A program made the position numbers and the translations under genes. 63,232 nucleotides of DNA from Acidimicrobiales bacterium (lineage in GTDB: Bacteria; Actinomycetota; Acidimicrobiia; Acidimicrobiales; CAVXTF01). Location of the stretch: the NCBI GenBank assembly GCA_049281195.1, contig JBAPRR010000455.1, positions 1-63,232 of the forward strand. Direction: 5' to 3'. Position 1 is the first letter of the stretch. The number at the start of each line of letters is the position of its first letter. The notes beneath the pieces were generated by a model. The model searched no databases. It saw only the letters and a list, made by a program, of their open reading frames with translations, and had not been told where the DNA came from. Of the stretch, positions 27,328-37,115 are shown piece after piece.

Positions 27328-29499
27328 ATGACCCTCGCCCCGCCTCGCTCGTCCACCACCGCCTCCTCCAGCCCTTCCGCCGTGCCGGCTTCGGTCCTCG
27401 GGCGCCTGGCCGCGCTGGTTCTTCGCCACCGCCGCATTGTGATGGGCATCTGGCTCGTTCTCCTCGTTCTGGGAGGCACCGCCGCCGGCCAAGTGTCGAA
27501 AAGACTGAGCTTCGACTTCTCCCTTCCGGGCCAGCCCGGTTACGAGACCGCTTCCAAGATCATCGGGATATGGGGAAACGGCGGAGACCAGCCGCCTTCG
27601 ATCCTGGTGGTCACGGCTCCGGCCGGTCAGACCATCTCGGGCGACTCCGCCGCGGTGGGTTCCGCGTTCGCAGGGGCGGCCCGCTCAGAGCCATCACTTC
27701 GGGTCGTGGACTACGCCACGACCGGCGACAGAGCCTTTTTCACGAACAACGGCTGGAGCACTTTCGCTCTGGTGTTCACACCGCCTGTCAACAACTTCGG
27801 ATCGGGCAAGCAGGTTCAAGCCGCGCAGACGATGCTGCAGCACGATCTCACGGGATATCAGGTCGGGCTGACCGGGCTCAACCAACTGTCCACCGGTGGC
27901 GACACCAAAGGGCCGGGGGTTCTCGTCGAGACGATCATCGGGGGTCTCGGCGCTCTGGTCGTCCTGGCCTTCGTTTTCGCATCCTTCCTGGCGTTCTTAC
28001 CTTTGCTGGTCGCGGCGGTCTCGATAACCACGACCTTCCTGGTCGTTCTCGGTCTGACGTATATGACGCAGGTGTCGTTCATCGTCGAGTTCCTGATCGC
28101 ACTCGTGGGGCTCGGTATAGCGATCGACTACTCGCTGCTGCTCGTCACCAGATGGCGCGAGGAACGGGCCCGGGGTGCGGACAACCACACCGCGGTGATA
28201 ACTGCGACCGAGACAGCAGGCCGTGCGGTCTTCTTGTCCGGACTTACGGTTGCCATCGGCCTCGCCGCGCTGGTCGTTCTGCCCGTTCCGGGACTGAGGA
28301 GCGTTGGCATCGGCGGGATGCTCATCCCACTCGTCTCGATCCTGGTGGTTCTCACCCTTCTGCCGGCCCTCCTCGGCGGTATCGGGCCGAGGATCGACTG
28401 GCCGAGGATCCGCAAGGAGCAGAGCGCCAGCCGGGCATGGTCCGCATGGGGTCGGGGAGTCATCCGGTGGCGCTGGGCCGCGGCCGGCGCGGCGATCATT
28501 CTCCTCGCGCTGTTCGCGTCGCCGATCTTCCAACTCAAGGTCGGAGAGACGGGAGTCAACTCACTCGCCAAGAGCGGTGCAGCCTTCGACTCCTACCAAC
28601 AGTTGACGTCAGGCGGCGTTGCGCAGGGCGTCCTATCCCCTATCGAAGTCCTTACGACGAACGCGGCAGCCCCCGCGGCGCGGTCTGCCATAGCGGAGCT
28701 CCCCGGCATCACCACGGCGGTCCTTCCCACCGGATCGGCCGGTAGCCGCCACGGACTTACTGACATCGTCGTGATCCCTCAGTCGGCGACCCTCAACAAC
28801 ACCACCCTGGCGCCGGTGCGAGCCGTCGAGAATTCGGTGACCCACATGCCGGGAGTAATCGGTGTCACAGGCCTGGGCGCGGTCGAACAGGACTACAGCC
28901 ACGCGGTGTTCGGGAACTTCCCGCTCATGTTCGCCCTGATCGCGATTGTGACCTTCGTGCTTCTCGCTCGTGCGTTCAGGTCACTGCTCCTGGCCGGCAA
29001 GGCCATTGTGCTGAACCTGCTGTCGTTGACCGCGACTTTCGGCCTGATGACGTGGTTCTGGCAGGAAGGCCACGGCTCGAATGCGATTTTCGGTATTCCG
29101 GCCACCGGGGCGATCACCTTCTGGGTGCCGTTGATGGTCTTCGCTTTCTTATTCGGGCTGTCCATGGACTACGAGGTGTTCATCCTCACCCGGGTGCGCG
29201 AGGAATATGACAGAACAGGAAACACGAATGCTGCAGTGACCGAAGGACTCGGCCGCACCGGCCGCCTCGTCACCAGCGCCGCCCTCATCCTGTTCCTCGC
29301 ATTTGCATCGCTGGCCTCTGCACCGGACACCGACGTGAAAGTTCTCGCCACCGGTTTGGGAGCAGGAATACTTCTCGACGCGACAGTGGTCCGCGCACTG
29401 CTCGTGCCGGCACTCGTTTCACTGTTCGGCAAGTGGAACTGGTGGTTCCCGCGCTGGGCATCGCGTGCACTCGCGGTGAGAACCGACCCCAGGCAGTAG
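27328..29499 (+). CDS. MMPL-family (RND-superfamily) membrane transporter
   Basis: Start at ATG 27328 (MTLAPPRSS). The upstream 54 codons of the track ORF overlap marR. Two repeated 6-TM blocks with DYSLLLVTRWREE and DYEVFILTRVREE motifs are typical of MMPL. Confidence 0.9.
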   Translation: MTLAPPRSSTTASSSPSAVPASVLGRLAALVLRHRRIVMGIWLVLLVLGGTAAGQVSKRLSFDFSLPGQPGYETASKIIGIWGNGGDQPPSILVVTAPAGQTISGDSAAVGSAFAGAARSEPSLRVVDYATTGDRAFFTNNGWSTFALVFTPPVNNFGSGKQVQAAQTMLQHDLTGYQVGLTGLNQLSTGGDTKGPGVLVETIIGGLGALVVLAFVFASFLAFLPLLVAAVSITTTFLVVLGLTYMTQVSFIVEFLIALVGLGIAIDYSLLLVTRWREERARGADNHTAVITATETAGRAVFLSGLTVAIGLAALVVLPVPGLRSVGIGGMLIPLVSILVVLTLLPALLGGIGPRIDWPRIRKEQSASRAWSAWGRGVIRWRWAAAGAAIILLALFASPIFQLKVGETGVNSLAKSGAAFDSYQQLTSGGVAQGVLSPIEVLTTNAAAPAARSAIAELPGITTAVLPTGSAGSRHGLTDIVVIPQSATLNNTTLAPVRAVENSVTHMPGVIGVTGLGAVEQDYSHAVFGNFPLMFALIAIVTFVLLARAFRSLLLAGKAIVLNLLSLTATFGLMTWFWQEGHGSNAIFGIPATGAITFWVPLMVFAFLFGLSMDYEVFILTRVREEYDRTGNTNAAVTEGLGRTGRLVTSAALILFLAFASLASAPDTDVKVLATGLGAGILLDATVVRALLVPALVSLFGKWNWWFPRWASRALAVRTDPRQ

Positions 29500-29504
29500 C
29501 CGGC

Positions 29505-30335
29505 TCAGGACGCTCCATCGGTGCGGAAGATCGGCCATCCGATCTCGGTGCGCCAGGACTCGTCGCTACGCGTGTCGTGGGTCCCGACGAGGTAGTACTC
29601 GCGGATCGGTCCGTCCACGCTCAAGGCGTGTCGTGCAACGTATGCGCCGAGTGCGCCGTAGGAGCGGTCGATCTCGCTGTGCGATCCGACGTGCACGATC
29701 GTCGCCAGTTCGACCGCCGGAATGATCGTCGCGGCCACACGGCCCGTCGCTCGAAGCTCTCCCGAATACGGAACGAAGATCGTCGCCAGTCCCTCCTCGT
29801 CGGCAAACAGCTCGTCGGCGTAGATGCCGCCCGCCGCGCCCAGGTCCGGAAGATCCTGCGCCGCGAGCGTGGCGTAGATCTCACCGATCGCTCCGGGGAA
29901 CCAGATGCCGGCGTCGGTCATCTTGATCTTGTCGGTGATCGCGGCGGCCTGTGTCGCTTCCACCTTCCTGAAGCCGACACCAGCCTCGCCGGACATCGGG
30001 CTCTCGAGCAGATCGCGAAGTGACGACACTGCCGCCTGCGTCTGCGCCAGGGTCGACTGCAATGCGTCCAGATGCTCGGCGATCAGACGGTTGCGCGTCT
30101 CGAGGTCCGCAGCGCCGAGTACTTCCTTGATCCGATCCAAGGGCATGTCGAGGTCCCGGAACCTACGGATCACCTGAGCCGGCGGGATCTGGTCCGCGGT
30201 GTAACGGCGGTATCCGGTCTCCGGATCCACATCGGCCGGTTCGAGAAGACCGATCTGGTGATAGTGGCGGAGCATCTTGACGCTCACGTGTGTCGAGCGT
30301 GCGAACTCTCCGATCGACAGGGCTGTGGAGGTCAC
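29505..30335 (-). CDS. MerR-family regulator with a C-terminal GyrI-like effector-binding domain
   Basis: HTH IGEFARSTHVSVKMLRHYHQIGLLEP, a coiled-coil linker, and a ~150-aa GyrI-like C-terminus. GTG start. Confidence 0.88.
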   Translation of the reverse strand: MTSTALSIGEFARSTHVSVKMLRHYHQIGLLEPADVDPETGYRRYTADQIPPAQVIRRFRDLDMPLDRIKEVLGAADLETRNRLIAEHLDALQSTLAQTQAAVSSLRDLLESPMSGEAGVGFRKVEATQAAAITDKIKMTDAGIWFPGAIGEIYATLAAQDLPDLGAAGGIYADELFADEEGLATIFVPYSGELRATGRVAATIIPAVELATIVHVGSHSEIDRSYGALGAYVARHALSVDGPIREYYLVGTHDTRSDESWRTEIGWPIFRTDGAS

Positions 30336-30351
30336 AGGTCAGATTGTGATG

Positions 30352-30368
30352 TCTCCCATGGTGGGAGA
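30352..30368. promoter_or_regulatory. Inverted repeat TCTCCCA-TGG-TGGGAGA, candidate MerR-family operator
   Basis: Perfect 7-bp arms, 17 nt upstream of the MerR-type gene start, in the divergent region shared with the NTF2-like gene at 30469. Confidence 0.35.
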
Positions 30369-30468
30369 GTCAAACCCGAACAGGCCCCTTGACCCTCCGA
30401 ATACGGGATGCCCGACGATGGGTTCAGTAGGGCAGTCCCCCGCAAACGGATGACAGAAAGGACCGATC

Positions 30469-30831
30469 ATGAACACGACCGAGCTCACCGGCGTCGTCGC
30501 CGAACACATCAAAGCTGTCAACGCCTTCGATACCGATGCCATCGTCGCCACCTTCAGTGACGACGCCTATGTAAACGACAACCGCCGCGAATTCGTCGGC
30601 CGCGATGCCGTCAGGCGCTGGGTGGCCAAGGAAATGGTGGGTGACCGGGTGACGATCGACGTCCGCGAGGTCCTCGACCACCACGGCGACACCATCGTGC
30701 GCGGCGCCTACGACGGGGATTTCGACCGGACCAACCTTCCCGACGACCTCGTGCTGTCCAACTACTTCAGCGTCCGTGACGGAAAGATCGTGAGCCTCGT
30801 GGTCATCAGGAATCAGCCCGCGGGCTACTGA
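30469..30831 (+). CDS. NTF2-like (SnoaL-type) protein
   Basis: 120 aa. VNAFDTDAIVATFSDDAYVNDNRREFVGRDAVRRWVAKE...VRDGKIVSL is typical of the SnoaL_2 pattern. Confidence 0.75.
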   Translation: MNTTELTGVVAEHIKAVNAFDTDAIVATFSDDAYVNDNRREFVGRDAVRRWVAKEMVGDRVTIDVREVLDHHGDTIVRGAYDGDFDRTNLPDDLVLSNYFSVRDGKIVSLVVIRNQPAGY

Positions 30832-30925
30832 TCCCGTAGGGCGCGCCCGCGTGAACGTCTCCTAATCTGCTCCCACGGCGACGTTCACCTTTCTCTTCTC
30901 CGATATCGAGGGATCGACCGCTCTC

Positions 30926-33628
30926 ATGCAGCGGATCGGTGAGAAGGCCTATGCCGAAGCGCTCGCGGCCCACCACTCGGTCATCCGTGGATGCCTGCAA
31001 GCCCACGATGGCAACGAGGAGGGCACCGAGGGCGACGCGTTCTTCGCCACGTTCTCTTCGGCCCGCTCCTGTGCAGCGGCCGCCGTAGAGATAGATCGGC
31101 GTATCGACGCTCATCCCTGGGGGCCCGGGCAGGCCATCCGGGTGCGAATGGGAATGCATACGGGCGAAGCTGAGGAGACGACCACGGGCCTGGTGGGACT
31201 GGACATTCACCGTGCCGCCAGAGTCGCCGGGGTGGCACACGGCGGACAGATCCTTCTGTCGGAGGCGGTCGCAAGCTTGGTCCGCGGCTTTCTTCCAGAC
31301 GGCGTGGAGCTGACCGACCTCGGCCTGCACCGGCTGAAGGATCTGGGACGGCCCGAGCAGATCTACCAACTCACCATCGATGGCCTGCGATCGGAGTTCC
31401 CTGCTCTCAAATCGTTGGACAACCCGGTCTTGGCGAACAACCTTCCCGTTCTCACTTCGAGCTTCATCGGAAGAGAGCGCGAGCTGTGGGACCTGCGCGA
31501 TCTAGTCAAGTCAGAGCGACTCATCACTCTCACCGGAGCTGGCGGTTCGGGAAAGACCCGCCTCGGGATCCAGCTCGCGGCCGAGACGCTCGATGGCTCC
31601 GGTGATGGCGTGTGGATAGTGGAGCTCGCCGGACTATCCGATCCTGATCTCGTCGTCCCGGCAATTTCCTCGGTGTTGGGCATCGCCGAGCAAAGCGGGC
31701 GATCGCCCCTCGACTCTCTCCTGGACGCACTGAGCCGGCAGGAACTCCTTCTGTTGCTGGACAATTGCGAGCATCTCATTGATACCTGCGCACGGGTCGC
31801 GGATTCGATTTTGCGCCGTTGCTCCGGCGTCCATCTTTTGACGACGAGCCGCGAGCCGCTCGGGATAGACGGCGAGTTCACGTATCGCGTGCCTTCTCTG
31901 TCGCTTCCGCCACCGGGCGCCGATGTGGAAGAGCTGTCAGATCCGGAGACATCCGATGCGGTAATGCTCTTCGTCGAACGAGTGAGATCGCATGGCGCGG
32001 ACTTCTCCCTCGACTCGGACAACGTCAATATGGTCGTTGATATCTGCAGACGGCTCGACGGCCTGCCGCTCGCCATCGAGCTCGCGGCGGCCCGGATGCG
32101 CTCTCTTGGACTGAGGGATCTCAACGATCTGCTCGACAAGCGGTTCCGGTTGCTCACCGGGGGGAGTCGCAGCGCGCTGGAGCGTCAGCAGACTCTCAGG
32201 GCCACCGTGATGTGGTCCTACTCTCTTCTGGACGACTCAGAAAAAACAATGCTGCGTCGATTGTCGGTGTTCGTCGACGGCTTCGACCTCGCCGCGGCAC
32301 GTGCTCTGTGCTCGTCGGACGTCATCACCGAGATCGAGGTCACCGACCTGGTCGGTTCACTGGTCGACAAGAGCCTCGTCGTCATCGAACAGACCGATGG
32401 TGGGATCCGTTACCGGCTCCTCGAAACGATCCGGCAGTTCGCGTCGGAGCAAATCCTCGAAACCGCTTCCGATGAAGCAGAGACGTTGCCGGGCGCGCAC
32501 TGTAGGTATTACCTCTCACTGGCCGAAGAAGCCATGCCACACCTGATCGTAAGAGGCCAAGGTGACTGGTTCAAACGGCTCGATGCCGAGCAGGGAAACC
32601 TTAGACGCGCCATGGAGTTCTCATCAGCCGAATCCGGTCACACAGAGCTCGGCTTGCGATTCGGGAAAGCGCTCAGGTACTACTGGGCGGCACGTCTGAA
32701 AAACACTGAGGCATATGAATTGTTGGTGCCGTTGCTGGATCGCGATGAAGCTCGAAAAGACCCGGAGCTCTATGTGGAGGCCCTCATTTCGGCCTCTGCC
32801 TTCGCCAGGTCTGTCGACATCAACGAGGCTCTGGAATTGGCTGCAAGAGCGGTAGTCGAGGCCGAACGAATCGGCGACGAGCGATTGACGGTGTGGTCGA
32901 CCGCAATTTTGGGAGCAGCGCATTTCTTCGCGGGCGATAGCCAGAAGGCGGCCACCATTTCAGAAGACTGCGTAGAGCGGGCGAGAGCCCTCGGTGATGA
33001 TCTCCTGTTGGCGGAGACCATGGTCCTGCACAGCGAATCACATCTGAGTCTCGACCCTGACGGGTCCAACGAGATCATTTCGGAGGCTCTCGAGATTCTT
33101 GATCGATCGGGAAACATGCTTCTGTTTGCCGATCTGAGCAATAACGCCGGCGTGTTGGCACTTGCAGCGGGTGACCTGGAACGAGCTCGTGGGCATCTGG
33201 CAGCCTCTTCCCGAGCTTTGGAAGAGACCGGAATTTCCATATTTCACGTGAAGATCAATCTTGCTCTTGTCGAGCTGCAACAGGGTGACCCCGCCGGGGC
33301 GGCATCGAATCTGGACCAGGCCGTCCGCATAAGCCGCAGATGCGGCAATCGCTTCGGGCTTGCCTATTCAACTCTCGGAATCGCATGCATGGCGGCGGAT
33401 CTTGCAAGATGGTCCGAGGCTGCGCAGATGCACGGCATAGCACAGGCCTTCTTGGACGAAACGGGTCAACCCTGGCTGTTTCCCTACGCAGATCTGAGAC
33501 ACGAGAGTATCGAAAGGACAAAAGAGGCCCTGGGCGGGCCATTCGATTCGGCATTCACCCAAGGAATGAACCTCGACTATGTGGAGGCCGTGAGACTGGC
33601 CCAAAGGCTTGTCTCCGAAGAGCCATGA
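30926..33628 (+). CDS. Class III nucleotide-cyclase domain + P-loop STAND (NB-ARC/AAA_16-like) ATPase + TPR-like repeats; 5' end unresolved
   Basis: Cyclase motifs GTEGDAFFATF and GLDIHRAARVAGVAHGGQILLS. Walker A GAGGSGKTRL. The C-terminal ~400 aa are helical repeats. The in-frame TFTFLFSDIEGST motif (30881-30919) lies upstream of the first ATG/GTG/TTG, just after stop TAA 30863 (see findings). Confidence 0.85.
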   Translation: MQRIGEKAYAEALAAHHSVIRGCLQAHDGNEEGTEGDAFFATFSSARSCAAAAVEIDRRIDAHPWGPGQAIRVRMGMHTGEAEETTTGLVGLDIHRAARVAGVAHGGQILLSEAVASLVRGFLPDGVELTDLGLHRLKDLGRPEQIYQLTIDGLRSEFPALKSLDNPVLANNLPVLTSSFIGRERELWDLRDLVKSERLITLTGAGGSGKTRLGIQLAAETLDGSGDGVWIVELAGLSDPDLVVPAISSVLGIAEQSGRSPLDSLLDALSRQELLLLLDNCEHLIDTCARVADSILRRCSGVHLLTTSREPLGIDGEFTYRVPSLSLPPPGADVEELSDPETSDAVMLFVERVRSHGADFSLDSDNVNMVVDICRRLDGLPLAIELAAARMRSLGLRDLNDLLDKRFRLLTGGSRSALERQQTLRATVMWSYSLLDDSEKTMLRRLSVFVDGFDLAAARALCSSDVITEIEVTDLVGSLVDKSLVVIEQTDGGIRYRLLETIRQFASEQILETASDEAETLPGAHCRYYLSLAEEAMPHLIVRGQGDWFKRLDAEQGNLRRAMEFSSAESGHTELGLRFGKALRYYWAARLKNTEAYELLVPLLDRDEARKDPELYVEALISASAFARSVDINEALELAARAVVEAERIGDERLTVWSTAILGAAHFFAGDSQKAATISEDCVERARALGDDLLLAETMVLHSESHLSLDPDGSNEIISEALEILDRSGNMLLFADLSNNAGVLALAAGDLERARGHLAASSRALEETGISIFHVKINLALVELQQGDPAGAASNLDQAVRISRRCGNRFGLAYSTLGIACMAADLARWSEAAQMHGIAQAFLDETGQPWLFPYADLRHESIERTKEALGGPFDSAFTQGMNLDYVEAVRLAQRLVSEEP

Positions 33629-33968
33629 GTTTTCGACACTCGGGACATTTCGAGATTGATGAACGCCTTGCCCCGCTCGATCCCTCTCAGCTTCTTCAGT
33701 ATCCCGTTCGGGCTCCGCGGCTTGGGGGACTGCTGACTGGTAGCCGCCAAGTTCGGCCCGGCGCCCGTATTCGTGGGCCAGCTCCTTGTCGCGCTCGCAG
33801 TGTCCGTTTGGGTCATGGTCGGAGTCGCGTATTTCCCAGCGATCCTCGCGCGCCACATCAGCCTCGGTGCACACTTTCTACGACAGTGTCCGCTTCAACA
33901 AGCTGTGGGCAGAAGTAACACCCGTCGCCTCTGTCTGACCCCATTCACGAAGTGCATTGGTGGCGTGG

Positions 33969-35564
33969 TCATCCGACCGCAACGCCAGCGGGCTCAGTGG
34001 GAGCTGACTCAGGTTGCGGTTGCTGCGACGTCACGAAGTCACGGGAGCGGATAAAGCCGACCGAACAGGCCGCTCCGACAAGGGCTAGAACGGCACTGAC
34101 GACGAGCAGAACATTTAGCGTGCTGGCGAAGCTTGATCGGATCGCTTCCACTAGTGGCCCTCGTAGTGATGTTGGCAGGGCGGCGATCGCCTTTCCGGCC
34201 TCACCTTGCTGAACTGCAGTGACGATCCGAGGTAGTTGGTGGTGGAGAGACTGGACGCCGCCGAGGGCTTGGCCGAGCTTGTGCTGGAGAGAAGATGCGA
34301 AGATCGAGCCGTAGGCGGCGATTCCGGTAGCGATGCCGATCTGACGGAAGGTCGTGTTGACCCCGGAGGTCATTCCGGAGCGCTGGGGGGTCACAACGCC
34401 AACGGCCGTGGACGCGAGTGGGGGGTTGACCATTCCGGAGCCGGCGCCGGCAACGACGAAACCGGGGATCAGGTGGATCCAGGAGCTTGCTCCGTCGAGA
34501 CCGGTCATGAGCAGCAGACCCACACCAACCAGCAGTAGGCCGGGGCCGATGAGCCAACGCACGGGCATGTGTGTACTGACGCGCCCGGCGATCGTCGCCG
34601 TGACGAGGGTCACGCCACTCATCACAAGGAGTCGGAGACCCGTTCCGAGAGCCGAGTAGCCGAGGTCGTCCTGCAAATAGAGAACGATGTACAAGATGAT
34701 TGCGTAGAGCGAGCCGTTCATAGCGAAGGCCGCAGCCAGGCCACCGCTGAAGGTTGGGATGCGGAACAGTGAAAGGTCGAACAACGGGTGTGCCGCCCGG
34801 TGCTCGACAGCAACGAATACGCCCAAGAACAAAACAGCCAAGGCGAGACAGATGGCCACTCCCGGGTCGCTCCAGGCGATCTCGCCCGCGCGGATCAACC
34901 CATAGACCAGACTGACCAGACCGGCAGTGAGCGTGGCGAACCCGGCCCAGTCAGGCCGAGCCGCATGCGGAGTCTTCGACTCATCGACCTGCGATCTGGT
35001 GATGACGAGCGCAGCTACACCGATCGGCAGGTTCACCAAGAAAATGCCCCGCCAGCTGATGCCGGTAGTGATCACCCCGCCCAGCACCGGTCCAAGTCCG
35101 ACAGCAATCCCGGTGACCGCGCCCCAGATGCCGAAGGCAACCCCTCGCTCATGGCCACGGAAACTCTGAGCCAGTAGAGCGAGTGATGTGGCGTAGAGGA
35201 TCGCTCCGCCGATCCCTTGGGCGCTGCGCGACAGGATCAACATGATCGGCGACTGGGCCACGCCGCAGAGCAGTGAACCGAGCGTGAAGACGATCAAGCC
35301 GATGGTGAACAGCAATCGCCGCCCGTAACGGTCGGCCAGAGAGCCGGCGGTCAAGAGCACTGACGCAAGGGTCAGGGCGTATGCGTCGACTACCCATTGC
35401 ACGTCGCCGAAGCTCGCGTGCAGTCCCGACTGAATCGTCGGCAAGGCGACGATCACGATGGTGATGTCCAGCAGCAGCATGAAGGTGGCTGCGCACACCA
35501 CGACGAGGGTCCACCACTTCTTTTCCATTCCTACAGCCTGCCGGTCTGACCTCTCCTCCGCCAC
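33969..35564 (-). CDS. MFS transporter, DHA2 (14-TMS drug:H+ antiporter type)
   Basis: GSLADRYGRRLLF (motif A) and LSRSAQGIGGAILYATSLAL. 531 aa, polytopic. Confidence 0.9.
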   Translation of the reverse strand: MAEERSDRQAVGMEKKWWTLVVVCAATFMLLLDITIVIVALPTIQSGLHASFGDVQWVVDAYALTLASVLLTAGSLADRYGRRLLFTIGLIVFTLGSLLCGVAQSPIMLILSRSAQGIGGAILYATSLALLAQSFRGHERGVAFGIWGAVTGIAVGLGPVLGGVITTGISWRGIFLVNLPIGVAALVITRSQVDESKTPHAARPDWAGFATLTAGLVSLVYGLIRAGEIAWSDPGVAICLALAVLFLGVFVAVEHRAAHPLFDLSLFRIPTFSGGLAAAFAMNGSLYAIILYIVLYLQDDLGYSALGTGLRLLVMSGVTLVTATIAGRVSTHMPVRWLIGPGLLLVGVGLLLMTGLDGASSWIHLIPGFVVAGAGSGMVNPPLASTAVGVVTPQRSGMTSGVNTTFRQIGIATGIAAYGSIFASSLQHKLGQALGGVQSLHHQLPRIVTAVQQGEAGKAIAALPTSLRGPLVEAIRSSFASTLNVLLVVSAVLALVGAACSVGFIRSRDFVTSQQPQPESAPTEPAGVAVG

Positions 35565-35612
35565 CAGATCTGGGATATCCGCTTGTTTGCGCCATGAGTT
35601 AGGTTGTGAGCC

Positions 35613-36596
35613 ATGGAATCTTCCACGCTTGATCTTTTGGATCGCAGGATCATCCAGACGCTTTATATCGATCCTCGGGCGCCGTTCAGCCGTTTGTCAG
35701 AGGTCCTCGGGGCCTCCGAACAGACCATTGCCCGCCGCTACCGGCGCATGTTCGACTGCCGTGTCGTTCGGGTCGTCGGCCAGCTCGACTCGCAACGGCT
35801 CGGCCGCTCCGACTGGGGCGTCCGGATCCGCTGTGCCCCAGGATCGGCCCCCACCGTTGCCTCAAGACTGGCGGAGCATCCGGACACTGCCTGGGTGCAG
35901 CTGACCTCGGGAGGAACCGAGATCTTCAGCACCGTTCACTCCCGCGACCGCGAACAGCGAACCCCACTTCTGCTCGGGCAGCTGTCGGTGGGCCGTCACG
36001 TCGTCGGCCTCGAGGCCTACTGCTTCCTGCACATCTTCGACGCCGGAGCATCTCCTCCGATGGGCTCGAGCGACCTCAACCGAAAGGAGATTGACGAGCT
36101 GTCCTTGCCGACACGAGCCAGAACACCAGGCGAAAGAACAACGGTCGCCGTGCAGGATTCCGACTGGCCGCTCGTCCAGGCTCTCGCTGAAGACGGCCGC
36201 GCCACTTACAGACAGTTGTCGGTGCGCACCCACTGGCACGAGTCCACCGTGCGGCGACGAGTAGAGGAGTTGATTTGCTCGGGTGTTCTCTCATTCGAAG
36301 TTGATCTCGATTCCGACGCGGTCGGAATCCGAAGCCGGGCGCTCTTGTGGATTTCGGTACTCCCGGCCAGGCTGGCCGAAGTCGGACACGCACTGGCGGG
36401 ATATCCGGAGATCCCCTTCGTCGCCGCAACCACCGGGTCAACCAACTTGGTAGCGGCATTGATCTGCAAAGACGACCGCTCTCTCTACGAGTACATCACC
36501 GGCGAGATTGCTTTCCTCGAAGGCATCAGCCACGTCGAAACCTCGCCCGTCATGCGAGCGATAAAGATGCACGCCACCATGACACCGCCTGAATAG
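35613..36596 (+). CDS. Lrp/AsnC-family transcriptional regulator (duplicated HTH_AsnC + effector modules)
   Basis: LDRRIIQTLYIDPRAPFSRLSEVLGASEQTIARRYRRM, and a second copy WPLVQALAEDGRATYRQLSVRTHWHESTVRRRVEEL. Divergent from the MFS pump. Confidence 0.85.
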   Translation: MESSTLDLLDRRIIQTLYIDPRAPFSRLSEVLGASEQTIARRYRRMFDCRVVRVVGQLDSQRLGRSDWGVRIRCAPGSAPTVASRLAEHPDTAWVQLTSGGTEIFSTVHSRDREQRTPLLLGQLSVGRHVVGLEAYCFLHIFDAGASPPMGSSDLNRKEIDELSLPTRARTPGERTTVAVQDSDWPLVQALAEDGRATYRQLSVRTHWHESTVRRRVEELICSGVLSFEVDLDSDAVGIRSRALLWISVLPARLAEVGHALAGYPEIPFVAATTGSTNLVAALICKDDRSLYEYITGEIAFLEGISHVETSPVMRAIKMHATMTPPE

Positions 36597-36603
36597 CGGC
36601 GGA

Positions 36604-36963
36604 TCAGGTTGGCGACGGACCGATAGAAGTGTGGCGAACCTCGGCAACCTGCCCGTTCGTGACCCGGTAGAGGCTCAGGCCCCGAAAGTCCGACCCATTC
36701 GCCAGATGGCCGGTCCACGCCACCGCAACGGTGTCGCCGCCGGCAACCAACGCATCGATGTCGTACGGGATCACTCCGCCTCCCAGATGAACCGCGTGCT
36801 CGTAATCGTCGCGGGCACCCTGCGGTCCATGACCAGGGGGCGTGTGGCCGTAGTCGATGTAATCCGCCGATACGATCTCGTCGAACCGATTCGGGCGGCC
36901 CTCGCTGTAAGCCGCAAAATATGCCCGGATCACCTCCTCTGGCGTCATGGTCTTCACTCCCAT
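36604..36963 (-). CDS. SnoaL-like / ester-cyclase-type NTF2-fold protein
   Basis: 119 aa. VIRAYFAAYSEGRPNRFDEIVSADYIDYGH...VAVAWTGHL...GLSLYRVTNGQVAEV. Confidence 0.72.
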   Translation of the reverse strand: MGVKTMTPEEVIRAYFAAYSEGRPNRFDEIVSADYIDYGHTPPGHGPQGARDDYEHAVHLGGGVIPYDIDALVAGGDTVAVAWTGHLANGSDFRGLSLYRVTNGQVAEVRHTSIGPSPT

Positions 36964-37115
36964 TACTCGTCGGCCGACATGTTGTTCAGGAGCTCAGTCA
37001 GCGCAACCGTCTCTGAGCGGGTCAATCCACCGTCGACTGCCACGAAGCCGGTGGGCTCCACGAGAAGGTCGCGGTGGCTGTCAGAAGCTCGGTCGTCAGC
37101 GAGGTCTTGCGAACT

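Noticed and set aside
27570-28745. 391-aa plus-strand ORF within the MMPL gene
   Set aside because: It is an alternative frame of the MMPL gene, Arg/Gly-rich, with no TM pattern. The MMPL frame explains the region.
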